Shown here piece after piece: positions 26,096 through 38,695 of a DNA stretch of 64,000 bases. Numbering within the stretch: the stretch's first letter is position 1; each line of letters begins with the position of its first letter. Location: positions 62,001 to 126,000 of the forward strand of contig AP026179.1 in assembly GCA_030295235.1 (NCBI GenBank). Reading direction: 5' to 3'. Position numbers and translations under genes: made by a program. The DNA comes from Fistulifera solaris. Lineage: Eukaryota. The notes under the pieces were generated by a model. The model was not told where the DNA came from. It ran no database searches and worked only from the letters and a program-made list of their open reading frames with translations.

Positions 26096-27089
26096 GTTTC
26101 TGCGTTGATGGAGGAATGGCAACAAGAGCATTATGGTGTTTCGAGTCGTCTCAATCGACTTGTTCGGTGCAGTGAAGGATGTCCGTTTGATATTCTACTT
26201 CTTCTTTTCTTTTTCTTTTTTTTGAAAGCAGTCCAGGATGGTAGGGGCAACCTTCCAATGCAGCTGTCAGCTAAACGAATTCAAATCGCCAATGAATAAT
26301 TAGACGTATTGACTATACCAGTACAACAGAAATAATGAACGAAATCGAATCAATAAATAACAAGTAATAATGAACATAGGTTGCTACTCGCATCGTTCGG
26401 AGTGGCGTATGTTTTCTGCAAAATCGAAAAGATGGGGACGCACAGCGCACACTGGATCGATGTTGATGCGTCTTCCATTTATGTACTTCACGACTCAGTC
26501 TCCAAGCGCGCCGGCTTCAACGTTAAATGCTGTTATCACACGAATGAACAGTCCTAGATTGCACATTCGTCCATAAAGTAAGGCGCAATGGAACCATCGC
26601 CGTATCCGTGTCCGACGGATCATCCCTTCCACGTGCCAAACTGTTGAGGGTCGGTGTCCTTTTGCTTCTTCACCGTTATTCAAAAGTCCCAAGTACTGGT
26701 ACCGGTACTTTAGGCCGGGCAATGCCGAGTGGTGTCGTTACTCGTTACTCCGCACACACTTCGACACTCGACACTCGACACTGGGTCATTGGCACTTTCT
26801 TTGGAAAGAAAAAGAATTCCAGTCGTGTCTACCGGTACCATTAACCATTAACCAGTATAAAGCTGCGCTGTATTCCTCATTCATGATTCATATCAATCAC
26901 GACTCTGCCTGCCTGTCCGTCGACAACGGAGTGCCGACCACGCAATCTTGTTTCGATAAAATAAATAAGTAGTGACTTTTTCCCCATTCCTCTCAATCAA
27001 TCCTTCCTTTCACTTTATTGGACGACGATATTTACTACATACCAAGTCCTTCTGATATTTTTCATTACTCGATCACTCGTCTACCAAAT

Positions 27090-27161
27090 ATGAACACTAC
27101 CGAAGAATCATCATTCCGTCCGAAACGCATCATTCGACGGCGAAGACGCACCGATAATAGC

Positions 27162-27199
<38 letters not shown>

Positions 27200-28346
27200 A
27201 GATCCGCTTCTCTTGCACAAAGTTCTCCAGGAATCCCATCTACCCGCCGCATATTCGTTTGAAATCCCCAAAACCGTGCAACGCATTCAAGAATTGTCGG
27301 CGCAACAAGTGGCGTTACAAATGCCCGAAGGACTCTTGTTGTATGCGACCGTCCTCGCGGATGTGCTCTTGCGATTGGCGCCCTGTTTACAACAAGTTTC
27401 GATTTTGGGAGATGTTACATACGGAGCTTGTTGTGTCGATGATTTGGGGGCCCATGCATTGGGTGCGGATCTTTTGGTGCATTATGGACATTCGTGTTTG
27501 GTGCCGTTGCAGCATACGGTGATTCCGTGTCTTTATGTCTTTGTCGAAATTCAAATTGATACGGAACATCTCGTGGCGTGTTTAAATGCTACCTTGGGTG
27601 ACCTACACAAAAATAATATCGATTTGTACTTGTTAGGAACTGTACAATTTCGACATGCTCTCGTGACGGCACAACAAATGTTGATGGAACAGGGATATAC
27701 GAACGTCTCTATTCCACAAGCGAAACCACTTTCACCTGGTGAAGTACTGGGCTGCACCAGTCCGCAGTTATCTTCAGAAAAGCCCATTGTTTGTTTTGTC
27801 GCCGACGGTCGTTTTCATTTAGAGGCAACACTGATCTCGAATCCTCATTGTCAAGCGTATCGGTACGATCCGTATTCCAAAGTATTGACGGAAGAATCGT
27901 ATCAACATGACGAAATGAAGTGTATGCGCAAAGTTGCCATTGAAAAAGCGGCGTCCGCTCACGTTTTTGGCATTCTAATGGGGACTTTGGGTCGTCAAGG
28001 CAATCCTGCGATTGTGCAGAATTTGCAACAAAAGTTGCGAGCGCATGGTAAGAAATCGTTCCTCATGCTCATTTCGGAAATTACGCCGGCCAAATTACGA
28101 CTATTGCCGAATGTGGATGCGTGGGTGCAAGTGGCGTGTCCTCGCTTGTCTGTGGATTGGGGCCATTTGCTTTCGGACAAACCCGTTTTGAATCCGTATG
28201 AATTGAACGTTTGTTTGGAAGAAGCGCCGTGGCGAGACGTGTATCCCATGGACTTTTATGCCAATCAAGGTGGAACATGGACCAATTATCACGAACAAAA
28301 TAAGGCTCGACAATATGATTGCTCATCGAAAAAGTGCACTTGTTAA
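27090..28346 (+). CDS. DPH1: Diphthamide biosynthesis protein 1
   Basis: YSFEIPKT, ALQMPEGL, GDVTYGACCVDD, HYGHSCL, LSPGEVLGCTSP, GTLGRQG and ACPRLSVDWG motifs. Confidence 0.95.
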
Positions 28347-29516
28347 ACATGTAAGTGGTCTTGACTAATGAAGTTCTTGCGTAAAACTCATTTGGAGTGA
28401 AATTTTTTCATTCATGGTTCATTCCTTCCAAATTTGCGCGACAGTACGCCATTGACCGTTCACTTTCTCTTGTACGAACATTGTACCACCGTATGAGAAC
28501 ATTCAAGTGTCATTACATTCACCTAATCTCACCAACTGCAGTTTCCGGAAAGTACAGATTCTCCGTTTTGACAGGTGTTAAAGCATCATTCGATTGCTAT
28601 GGTGCTCAATAGGTTCATCAAGCGACTGATGCACAGCACTTCTATTTTTGGCTCTTGTCGAAAAATTGCTTTTGCTTGCAGAGTCGTACCTCACTCACGT
28701 AAAGCTTCGCGAGAAACCGTCCATCACCGCTTCGCCTCTCATGTGCGCTATATCTTTCACCCGCCAATCATGCTTGGATTGTTTCCGCTGAACAAGTCAT
28801 TTTGAGAGTAGTTCATTTTATTTGGAAACACGCGGCAAGAAAGATTTTTGCCAAAGAGGGAAGCTTTGCAATTGCAATTGTGGGAGTCGGCTTTGACTGC
28901 TGTGAGCAGAAGTATATTGGGTCGCGAAAACCGTATTATTACTAGAACACGCCAGTCACATAATGCGTCCCGAATGACGGCTTGCCAAGTGCCTTTCACG
29001 CGAAAGCACGTAACACAGTTTTGTATCAATTGGGTTTGACAAGCGTGGTGAGCATTGACAGCACTGCAGCTTTTCAAGCCAAAATTGAACTTATTCCGGC
29101 GAGCTTTTGCCGCCAGGCGTGGACGAGTTGTCATTTCCGATCTGTGCTTGGTCGGAGTTGGTGAAAATGGACATTTTCGATCTTTGTATCCGTGGAGCGA
29201 TGAAGTTATTGACTTATCGGAATCCAATCGCCACTCAGCCATGAGGAAACGTGTCACGCCGTCGGTGGTAAAATCCCTGGGAGAAGAGCATCAGTAATGT
29301 GTCCTTGCTTTTAAAACAATCACGGTTTTCCTGTTGCATTTTCTGTTTGTGGGTAACAGTGTTTAGATCTTTGCTGAACCAAGCGGATCAAAGATGCCGT
29401 CTCGGCGGCGCGCATCATTGGACGACCTTCTAGCTGATTTCATTGTAAAGTGTATAAGAATTCGTTTTCACTGACGCTATTTAAGCTTTTTATGTACTTC
29501 GGCATCTTCACGTTTT

Positions 29517-31780
29517 CTACAACATAAAAGCCCATGCCGTCGCTCCGGTCAAGCCCATTGTCAACAATCCTCTGAAAGTGAAAGTGGAGGAACTTGTAGG
29601 AACTGTAACTGGACTCTCCACCGGGGCCACGATGGGCATATCGGCTGGCACTTCGACGGGCAAACTAGCTGGGACTTGCGTAGGACTTTCCACAGCAACT
29701 GGAGTTTCGCCGTCGATGGGAGTTTCAGCCGGGGCAGGAGCTCCAGCTGGGGCTTCTACGGGAGACTCGACATCACTGGGAGCACCAGCGATGAAGGACT
29801 GGGTTGAGTACGTTTCGAGAGGCGGATCTTCCAACACTTCCATCTTGGTGGCATATTCAATAAATACTTGGGAATATTCGAGGAACTGGTCTGTCACCAA
29901 ATCCTCCGATATTTCGCCGAATGCCAAGTAGTTGTCTTGTCCGGAAGCGATGAAGGAATTTGTGACTACCGTGTATGTGGCTTCTGGATCTATGGGTTCC
30001 CATGTATCGGAAGCTAGCTTGATGTTGACTTCTAAATTCGACACGAAATTGGGAAAGCCTTGCGTAACATCAACGTCAAAGCGAATCCCTGCAGCATAAG
30101 GGTACGCGCCTGTCGAGATACCGCTCAGTGCACTTGCATTGATGGCTTGATTGAGAACAAGCTCAATTTCGGCGCCCGTCACTTCCAAAGTTACCATGGT
30201 GTTGGCAAAGGGCAACATATTCACCGCATCCACTACTTTAAAGTCGCCAGGGAAAATATCAGTGCGACACCCTCCCGCATTTTGAATAGCAATGTCGGCC
30301 GATGGAACTTGATCCAAAAATGCTTGCGCCACCAAGTTACACGCACCGCCACCTTGCGCAATGGTATCTTCCGCGGTACAAATCTGCGATCGACCATCAC
30401 CGGGGACACGCTCGTAGCAAATACCTGGTTCAGGTACCGTGGCCAGTGTAACATTTCCAAATGCGTCCACTCCGGCCAAATACACTTCCAGAGCAGCTGC
30501 TGTTTCGGGATGAGGATCTACGGCTACGAAAACATTCAAACTCTGGAGATACGCTGTCAGGGAGCTCGTCGAGTCAGAATCAAGAACTGGATTGTAAGTT
30601 GCCGCGTCGAAAGGGAATCGAGGACTTCCCGTACACGATGTCACAACACCGGCATCGTCAAACTCAACGGAAAGAACACCAAGTCCGTGTCCGTATTCCC
30701 ACGCTTGCACAATACACACTTGTCCATTGTCAGTCTCACGCACTTGAGCTGTTGGATAGGGTCCATCCACATCACCCAGCAGTGCCACTTCGGTCGGGTC
30801 CGCCAAAAGACTGTGACTGTGTCCACCCACAATGATATCGACACCATCGATAGTAGCCAAGTCAAAGTCATCCGTCGAAAGACCGTCGGTGTAGCCAATA
30901 TGAGTCAACAAAATAATCTTGTTGATACCCATGCTGGTCAATTCAGCAACGGCTTCTTCGGCAGCCGTTCGTTCCTCCGTCACAACCGTCCCTTCATCCG
31001 GACTGGATGAAGTCATAGTAATGCTCGTTGTAATGGAAATGATTCCAACCTGCTCTTCACCAACTTGATAAATCGTGTAGGGCGCGACGAGACCTTGGAG
31101 TGGTGAATTTGGACCTGGCTGAAGATTGGCAGATAGGACAGGTGTAGGCATTTCGCAAGTCGTATTATCAATGTTTTGCAACTGTCAGGTAGGTAAAAAA
31201 AGAGAACAAGTGCCGAACAAAAAAAAAAAAAAACAGCGTAAGAGAATCAAAAGGGAGTATTTCGAAGAGAGTGAAATCCTCGTGATTCATTCATGTATTA
31301 TTATCATATAGGCAAGCCACACGACAAAAAACTTACATATCCAATAAAGGTAGCCAGCGAAGCATCTCCGTCATCAAATTCATGATTTCCCAGTGTCAAA
31401 GCATCAAAGCAAACATAATTCATCATTTCGGCATCCGCCTTTCCCTTGTATAATGAATAAAACAACGTTCCGGTGATAGCATCTCCCGCGTGCAATTTAA
31501 CTAACCCATCTGCCGTAGAAGCATTCTGCACTTGCTGAATATACGATACCAGACGAGGGAAACCTCCGTACGTCACGACAACACCACCACTTTCGGCTTC
31601 GGCCGGAAGCACCACACCTTCGGGTAATGCAGTAGCATCGATTTCAAACGTTTCTTCCGCCAAATGTGAATGATGATCATTCACGTGCAAGATATCCAAA
31701 GTGAATTGTGCACGAGTCGTCGTCATCATCGGCGGCCTGGCGCAGCCCACGAGTGCTAGAACAGCTACTGAACGGAACAT
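29517..31780 (-). CDS. Secreted, GPI-type 5'-nucleotidase (NadN/UshA-like), 2 exons
   Basis: LHVNDHHSHL, HAGDAITGT, LGNHEFD, VGGHSH and QNAGGCR motifs. Intron 31182-31336. Pro/Ala/Glu stalk and hydrophobic C-terminal tail. Confidence 0.92.
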
Positions 31781-31954
31781 TATTCGTATTGGTTGTTGTT
31801 GTTCAATCCGTTGCCGACTTTAATTATATAATTTCAATGAAGATCTCTCACGGAAGATGTTGTCGTTCGAGAAAAAAAAGTGAAATCAAAACGATACACC
31901 AATCGATTGGATTTTTTCCTTCATTTTTTGGGGGGTTTTTCGGAATGCGTTCGG

Positions 31955-32063
31955 AAGATTCATCACACGTGCTGATGAACGACGATTCACATGGAATTGA
32001 CTGTACCTTGTACTTTGTATTATTTATCAGGATAAGCTAAAAGTAAAATGAACCGAAGATTCA
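31955..32063 (-). promoter_or_regulatory. Two candidate PSR (Myb-like phosphate starvation regulator) sites, TGAATCTT
   Basis: AAGATTCA at 31955-31962 and 32056-32063, upstream of the 5'-nucleotidase. Both match the YGAATCTH motif reported for Phaeodactylum PSR. Confidence 0.5.
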
Positions 32064-32302
32064 TTCGTCTCGCTAGATTCCTCTTCCTTCATTATTATTT
32101 TTCGTTCATTCGTTTTACTTTGTATCGTATAAAATCGAGTCGCGATCGTGATTGAAAAAGCGACTGGATGTTTTTTATGGATCTACAAGTAGATACAGAC
32201 CGAATAATCCTATACAACCTGTCAAGTGATTGATACGGTAGCGCTCAAATACCATATTTTAAAATGATAATAGCTAACTTCATTGACTATAACACCTTTG
32301 TT

Positions 32303-34544
32303 CTATGCTACGGTTCTCTTCAAGGAGCTCAACGAGGCACGAACGGCCTCTGAAAAGCCCGATGGACGGAAGTCACCCCTGACGTCCAACAATGTATCGT
32401 CTGCTCGCAAGTCCCTATCAATGGACGCGCCGATTTTGCTGATCACTTCTCGATCATTTGTCATACTTTCATTTGAACTTAACGATGCAGTGTCATCGGA
32501 GTCCGTCAGTCGGTCACTGACCATTGTTGTTGTTTCATCCTGATAATGATTTGGTGTACCGTACTTGAACGGGTCACTCAAAGGCCCACCACCCAGAAGC
32601 TTTCGTAGCATATTTCCTCGTTTCCCTTTCCCCAATTCCTTGTGGAACCATGCAATGCGTTCGTCCAGCTTATTGTGTCCGAGTTGCTTTCGATTTTGGG
32701 CTTCTTCGATAGTGATGGCAGAAGCATCTATGAAACGATCTGTAGCAGCTTCCCAAGACAATTGTTTTTCCCATTCCGGTGTCAACGCCAAAGGTTCATT
32801 GTTTTGTGCCCAATGTAAATTTGCAACAAATTCAAATTCATTGCGGTATCCCAAACAGTTCGGAAAATTCAAAAAGAAATTGTTGGAGGGATGAATCGGG
32901 ATAATAACAAACTTGCCCATGGCCAGTGCTTCGGCGGTAGTTGTACACAAAACCTCCGAAACGGATGGGTTCACAAATGTTTTGTATCGTTTCAATGTCA
33001 GGTGATCGACTCGACCGGGAAATCGACACGGTATGGGCTCGCGTACTTTTTGCGTCATGTTTTCTTGAGACAACAAAATGTTTTCTCGGAACACTGATAG
33101 TAAAGTAGACGCTTTACTCGCGCTTGAAGTTTTGGAAGTGGAGATACTAGAGTCACTTGCCGCCCCGCTTTTACAAGATGCAGTTTCGGTGTTGTCGGCA
33201 CCACATGTTGCGTTATGTTGGATGATGTCGACTGTTTTCCCTATAATGCTACCATTGATATTGTTGTTGTTAGTCTGTCGATGCTCTTTTCGGTTTCTAG
33301 AGCCAGTTTGAAATGCTTTCTGAATCATCTGTTGTTCAGGTCCTTTGCCATAAATATCAATGGGGAAATATTCTCCGGTCAATGCTTTGTGATAGTCTTC
33401 CAACCTGAGTAAGAGATCTAAACCTTTGGCCCACATCATTTTTCCGATAAAGTAAGGCGTCGGTTCATCCTTGTCCGAAGGGCACTCGTTGGCTCGTCTT
33501 CTTCCTTCTGTCAAAAACTCAGATCGTACCCCATGTACATTGCACACAACCTCTTTTTCTGGGGCGTAGTCATGCAAGGCTGCGGACAGTTTAATGACCT
33601 TGTGACAGTAGGCGCGAACCATGGCCGATGACAACAATGAAATAGCCGGGCCCGCCCATAAACCTGATACTCCGCCATTGGTTGTTATGTACTCTTTATA
33701 ATCTGCACAATTTCGAACGAGAAAGCGGGTTTTACGTAAGAAGCAAAATGTGACAATAATACACGGGGAAGCACATGGCGTCAAAGACACTTACTTGTGT
33801 GCAACACACCAATCACAAACTTGTATTTCTGCGTCCATCCATCACCAGGAGCACGGAACCAGTTGATGTGTTCCGGTTCTTCCAGAATACAAACATCCAT
33901 ACTCAATCCCGCCCCTGAATTGTTTGCAACAAATCTCCCATGGCGAAGATACTCCCCAATCCACTGTGATAACGAGCCTCGTAAAACAGGATCCGCAAAC
34001 CGGATGCCGCATCGGGCATGCTGGCTTCGTGGCGAAGCCAGTCGCGAATAAAAGTCTCCTGCTGTTGTGGTGAAAGAAAGATTCGACCCAAGGTTTCTTT
34101 CTGATCTTCGGGTCGATCCAACCACGGAATGACCAATGTCACCCATTGCTGATCCTGACGACTGATTTTCTGGGTACGGCGATGCAAATATGCCGCTCGT
34201 AACAAGGGATTGACAGCAGTTCCAGTAAACCAAGGTAAGGCCGCTGTCGTAACAATATGAAAGTGACGATTGGGGAGATTCAAATCGGATTCGGATGTGA
34301 TGGCCTTGCGATTTGTTTCATTTGAGACGACGTTAATCTCTGCATCGACTTCCATGCTACTCCGAGCCGCTTTCTTTTCTTGTTGCAACCACAACTCGGA
34401 CATGGAAGCGACCAGGCTGGAAAATTGGGGAAGCTGGTCTTCCAAGGTGGTGGATGAGTTTTCCGAAGCCGTGAGTGCGGAAGCCTCGTCGCTTCGGCTC
34501 GATGCACCAGCTAGACTGGGCACGCTGATGATATCGTCACTCAT
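32303..34544 (-). CDS. Digalactosyldiacylglycerol synthase, copy 1 (no signal peptide)
   Basis: IVTTAALPWFTGTAVNPLLRAAYL, LEEPEH, HTNYKEY, CHKVIKLS, NVHGVR and CTTTAEALAMGK motifs. Intron 33703-33794; frameshift near 33910. Confidence 0.92.
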
Positions 34545-34686
34545 GGTTTAATCTCAATCTCACACAGAGGAGTGAGGTCTAGTGCGATAGGAGTCTTTTT
34601 ATTCTTGTTCTTTTGATTTCGTCAAATTCGAAAATGCTCACAAAAAGATTCCAACGGCCGTTGGGAGGAGAAAATCGAAATGCCGA

Positions 34687-34700
34687 TGATGACGTCATCA
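34687..34700. promoter_or_regulatory. Perfect CRE/bZIP palindrome TGATGACGTCATCA
   Basis: 14-bp palindrome about 145 bp upstream of the DGD copy 1 start. Confidence 0.35.
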
Positions 34701-34873
34701 GACGTAAAACAACTCATGAATGGAATGAATCAGTCACGAAATGAACCAAATATTGGAATTAGCCACAATCAAGGCCACAATCAGAAGAGAAAACATCAAT
34801 ATAGTACTAGGAAAGCCAGCTTGTTAATGCGTCTAAATAATGATTTATAATACAAACCTACGGCTTACAGGAT

Positions 34874-37774
34874 TTAGTAACATGCGGAGCAGCAGGGGCA
34901 ATCGATTTCGTTGCAATCAGCTTCTAGCTTTATGCCCCGGATACACCAACTGTCAAATATAGAGCCGGTTAGGTCATTTGAATAAAATCGAAAGTGCAGC
35001 AATTGCATATTTTCCATCCTCGCGGGAAGCGGCCCAGTCAAAATGTTTTCCTCAAGATTCAAGACTAGAAGACTCTTCAGTTTTCCGAGCCCTGCTGGTA
35101 TACGACCGGAAAAATCATTCCGATCCAACTGAAGTATTTGCAGTTGTCGCAACAATCCAATCTCATCAGGAATGGGCCCATTCATGTTGTTTTGTCCAGC
35201 GTTCAGTGTCATTAAACTATCAGAGAGAATGTACAGCTCAGGGAATAGGTTCCCCTGTAGCCCAGCCTCACGAAGCTCAAGGCCAGTCACCTGGCCACCC
35301 GAATTGCATGTTACGCCATTCCAACTGCATTCTTCCTTGTTTCCCAGCCAGGAACCAACGCCGGCACTGTAAGCCAATCCGGCCAACGCAAATTGCTGGG
35401 AAATCCTCCACGAAGGTAGGTCGGAACTGCTGCGAGAGACCCAATCAAAAGCTCTACCTGCTGCAGTATTCATGTCGTCTAAATTGACCGTCGAGCTGGT
35501 GAGAGCGTCCATGATCGCGCCCCGGACATCATCTGCCATTGGGGTAGGTTCCAGCGTAGTTGCGGCGACGGTAGGAGAAGCTGTGGGTGGCAGAGTGGCG
35601 CGGGTCGGTGCCAGAGTGTCTACCAGTGGAGCCGAAGGTTCCAATGTCGCTGTAAAAGTGGGTCCGGGGGTTGCAGCCGAGGGGCGCTCGGTCGGTGGCA
35701 CCACTGGTGCGGCGACCGGTGGAGCGGGCACGGGTGCGTTCGTGGGAATGCTTTCCTCACACAAACCACACGTAACGGGACACCATAGATATCCTTCATT
35801 GTCGGGTAAGCACATACGATCTCGTTGAGCCGGATTATTTTGCAAATAGACACAGTCTTGGCCACCGATTTCCGTGCTAATGATGAACTTTTTGTAAGGA
35901 TGATCGACGCAGTCTTCTTTCGACCAATTGAGCTGTTTCGTAGGAGATGTTGTGGGGAAGGACGTCGGGGCGACTGTGGTACTGTTTTCGTTGGAATTCA
36001 CAGCACTCGATTGTGGAGTTGATTTTCCAGCCTGCTGTGCTAAGAAGCTTCCAACTGCGACGCCCACGGAAGCAACCAAAACAAAGCACAAGAGCGCCAC
36101 TAGAATATTTATCCGTCGCGGCGTCAAAAAGGGTTTGGGTGACGGCGAGGGAGGAGGAGATGAAGTCGAGTCTTTTGTCGGAGCTTGACTAAGAGGTCCG
36201 ACATGTGGAATAATGATTTTGGTAGGGTATGGGAAAAAGTTGTCTGGCTTCGTGCTTTTCACCTCATCATTCATCTCACCTCCATCCAAAAACTCATCAA
36301 AATCATCTATGTCACTCCCGACAACATTGTCATAATTTTCAGGCGTAGTGCTCTTTGGCTCGGTCAAATGAGATGTGTCGAGCTGTTCACGAATATTGCT
36401 GTACGAATTGGCAAAAATACTGTTGTTGTTGTTGCTTCGTTCCGCGTTAGATACCGCGTCCATCTCGTTGCTGGATTGCATCCGCTCAAACTCGATCACA
36501 ACTTGCGCTTCTTCGTCTTGAAGGCCCCTACGAAACGCTTCGCTGTCGTCATCCTCACCGGAATCGTGTGAAACAAGATGACGAGTATTTGCGACCCCTG
36601 CTGGGAAGACGTCCGAATAATTGTCGTCCATTTCCGAGTACTCCAGCTGCTCATCTTGCTCATAGTCGGCGAGGTATTCTTCCGGCGGGTCTTGTCGCTG
36701 GTCAGTGACACACTCTTCGAGTGAGTACTGGTAGTGCTCTACTGAAGACTCGTTCGGCTCATCTTGTTGCTCTTCTTCTCCATACTCCTGTGGCTGCTCT
36801 TCTTGGTGCATCTCGTTTTCCAAGTACTCTTGTGGTTGTTCGTCGTGCTGCAAATGTGCATCGCCGTAAGCTTGCGTTTGCTCAAATTGTTGCAACGGCT
36901 CTTCTCGATACTGTTCCGGCTGCTCTTCTTGTTGCAGCTCCTCTCCCAGATACTCGTGTGGCTGCTCGTTGTCTTGCAGCTGCGCGCCTAGATACTGTTC
37001 CGGCTGCTCTTCTTGCTGCAACTCCGCATCCAAATACTCTTGTGGATGTTCGTTGTCTTGTGGCTGTTCTTCTTGCTGCAAATCCTCTTCCAAGTACTCT
37101 GGCGGCTGCTGCTGTTCGGTGGAGTGCTCTTCCGCCGGATCGTGTTGCGCCGGCTGCTCTTCGTACACTGGAACCTCGTTCTCTTCCAGCTGCTGTAATT
37201 GCTCCTCGACATGAGCGTACTGCGCCTCTTCTCCTTTCTGCTCTTCCTCATCCGCGTATTCTTTGTTCTCGGTCTGTAAATGAGCTGTTTCTTGCTCGTA
37301 TAATTCCGTTTGTTGCAGCTCGTCATCATACAGCTCGCGTGGCTGCTCTTTCTGCAATACACCGACCTCATACTCATCGCTGGGTTGCTCTTCTTGAGTA
37401 TCCATGCTTTCGGCTGTCTCTAGCTCATCATCGTCCGCAGGGATGACGAGAATCGAGGGCTCTTCCCGTAGAAGAGGAGCCACCGTATGGGACATCAAAA
37501 CGTCATCGTCACTCATTGGCTCGACGCCACTCGACTCCTCTGTATCATTCTCACTTTCATCATTCGTATCTTGGATGGCCAAGACATCTACGGCTATCGA
37601 TGATTCGTGTAAAATTGCGTTGGATCGAAAAGACGTTTCGTAGTCATCTTCCGAAATTTGCGACACCACGAGGGGATAATCCGGAACGAGCCCCGCTTCC
37701 GTCAAAATACCCGAAACCATCGGCGGCTCATCCTTGTCTAGCTGTTGCTGCGGATGCTGCTCTTGTAAATCCAT
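34874..37774 (-). CDS. Type II membrane receptor-like protein: acidic cytosolic domain, TM, ShKT-like domain, Pro/Thr stalk, LRR
   Basis: TM ILVALLCFVLVASVGVAVGSFL. CVDHP...C...C...WCPVTCGLC domain. ECSWNGVTC LRR cap and LxxLxLxxNxLxGxIP repeats. Confidence 0.9.
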   Translation of the reverse strand: MDLQEQHPQQQLDKDEPPMVSGILTEAGLVPDYPLVVSQISEDDYETSFRSNAILHESSIAVDVLAIQDTNDESENDTEESSGVEPMSDDDVLMSHTVAPLLREEPSILVIPADDDELETAESMDTQEEQPSDEYEVGVLQKEQPRELYDDELQQTELYEQETAHLQTENKEYADEEEQKGEEAQYAHVEEQLQQLEENEVPVYEEQPAQHDPAEEHSTEQQQPPEYLEEDLQQEEQPQDNEHPQEYLDAELQQEEQPEQYLGAQLQDNEQPHEYLGEELQQEEQPEQYREEPLQQFEQTQAYGDAHLQHDEQPQEYLENEMHQEEQPQEYGEEEQQDEPNESSVEHYQYSLEECVTDQRQDPPEEYLADYEQDEQLEYSEMDDNYSDVFPAGVANTRHLVSHDSGEDDDSEAFRRGLQDEEAQVVIEFERMQSSNEMDAVSNAERSNNNNSIFANSYSNIREQLDTSHLTEPKSTTPENYDNVVGSDIDDFDEFLDGGEMNDEVKSTKPDNFFPYPTKIIIPHVGPLSQAPTKDSTSSPPPSPSPKPFLTPRRINILVALLCFVLVASVGVAVGSFLAQQAGKSTPQSSAVNSNENSTTVAPTSFPTTSPTKQLNWSKEDCVDHPYKKFIISTEIGGQDCVYLQNNPAQRDRMCLPDNEGYLWCPVTCGLCEESIPTNAPVPAPPVAAPVVPPTERPSAATPGPTFTATLEPSAPLVDTLAPTRATLPPTASPTVAATTLEPTPMADDVRGAIMDALTSSTVNLDDMNTAAGRAFDWVSRSSSDLPSWRISQQFALAGLAYSAGVGSWLGNKEECSWNGVTCNSGGQVTGLELREAGLQGNLFPELYILSDSLMTLNAGQNNMNGPIPDEIGLLRQLQILQLDRNDFSGRIPAGLGKLKSLLVLNLEENILTGPLPARMENMQLLHFRFYSNDLTGSIFDSWCIRGIKLEADCNEIDCPCCSACY

Positions 37775-38695
37775 GTTTATATACAACAACCAATTATGAC
37801 GTTTCGAATCGCAAAACTCGCACCGTCCGGAAAGAAGGCCGTTCTTTGGCAGGTGCGTGTGGTGGGTCCGACGAGTGGTTGGCGTTTCAATGTGAAAGGC
37901 GAGTCGTATAAACCCAACAAATTTGCCTTGATTAACAATCGAGCGGATCTCCCCCATTTTTCTCTGAACGATACAAGAAAGTAGGGATGAGTAGTTAGAG
38001 TAGCGCGCACTGCACGAAAGAAGTCGATAGAGAATAGTAGGGGAGAAACTCTAAGTACAAGTGCAGAGGCGGTTATCCGGTTTTCAATTCTCGTTACTTA
38101 GAGGGCAATCGCCATTCAACTCCGTTTTTCGGCGTTCGCGGCTTTTCTCACAATAATCATCGTCTGTCAGGTGCGCCACCTCAATTCGCACTTGGTTTGG
38201 ACGGGCAACCAAACGCTATTGCGCAACACACGCTTATCATTCATTGGACATCCAACGCAATACAATTTACTAGGATGAAATTATTTTTGTCCCTAAATAC
38301 AACGTTCTATTTTTGTCGGGAAAACTTCCTAGAAGCACCTCGTCGAAGTAATTCAACGAGTATGATCGCGTCGTCTTTTCCACTTATCCGACGGCATCAA
38401 CTACTAGAGAAGGATGTTGTTTTTACGATTGAAGGTTTTTGAAATACTCGGATTTAGTTTTAAATGCTTGTGCTTCATAAAGTTCAACGGAGTACTATGA
38501 ACGCACTCCACTTCAGCTAATCCAACTCACGAAGCGTGACTGAAATTCAAACGTGGATATGGTTCGGTTATCGGAAAAAATAAAACGAAAGAATTAAACT
38601 TGTACGGTTTATCCCTTCACTTGACTATTGAGATTGCTCATACGGTTTATCCCTTCGCTTGACTATTGAAATTGTGCTACCGGATTCTCTTTCGT

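Noticed and set aside
28400..29480. 166-aa minus-strand ORF and overlapping ORFs
   Set aside because: Non-ATG starts, no motifs, and location between convergent genes.
38603..38674. 38-bp imperfect tandem duplication in a 3' flank
   Set aside because: Only two copies and no evident structure; an ordinary local duplication.
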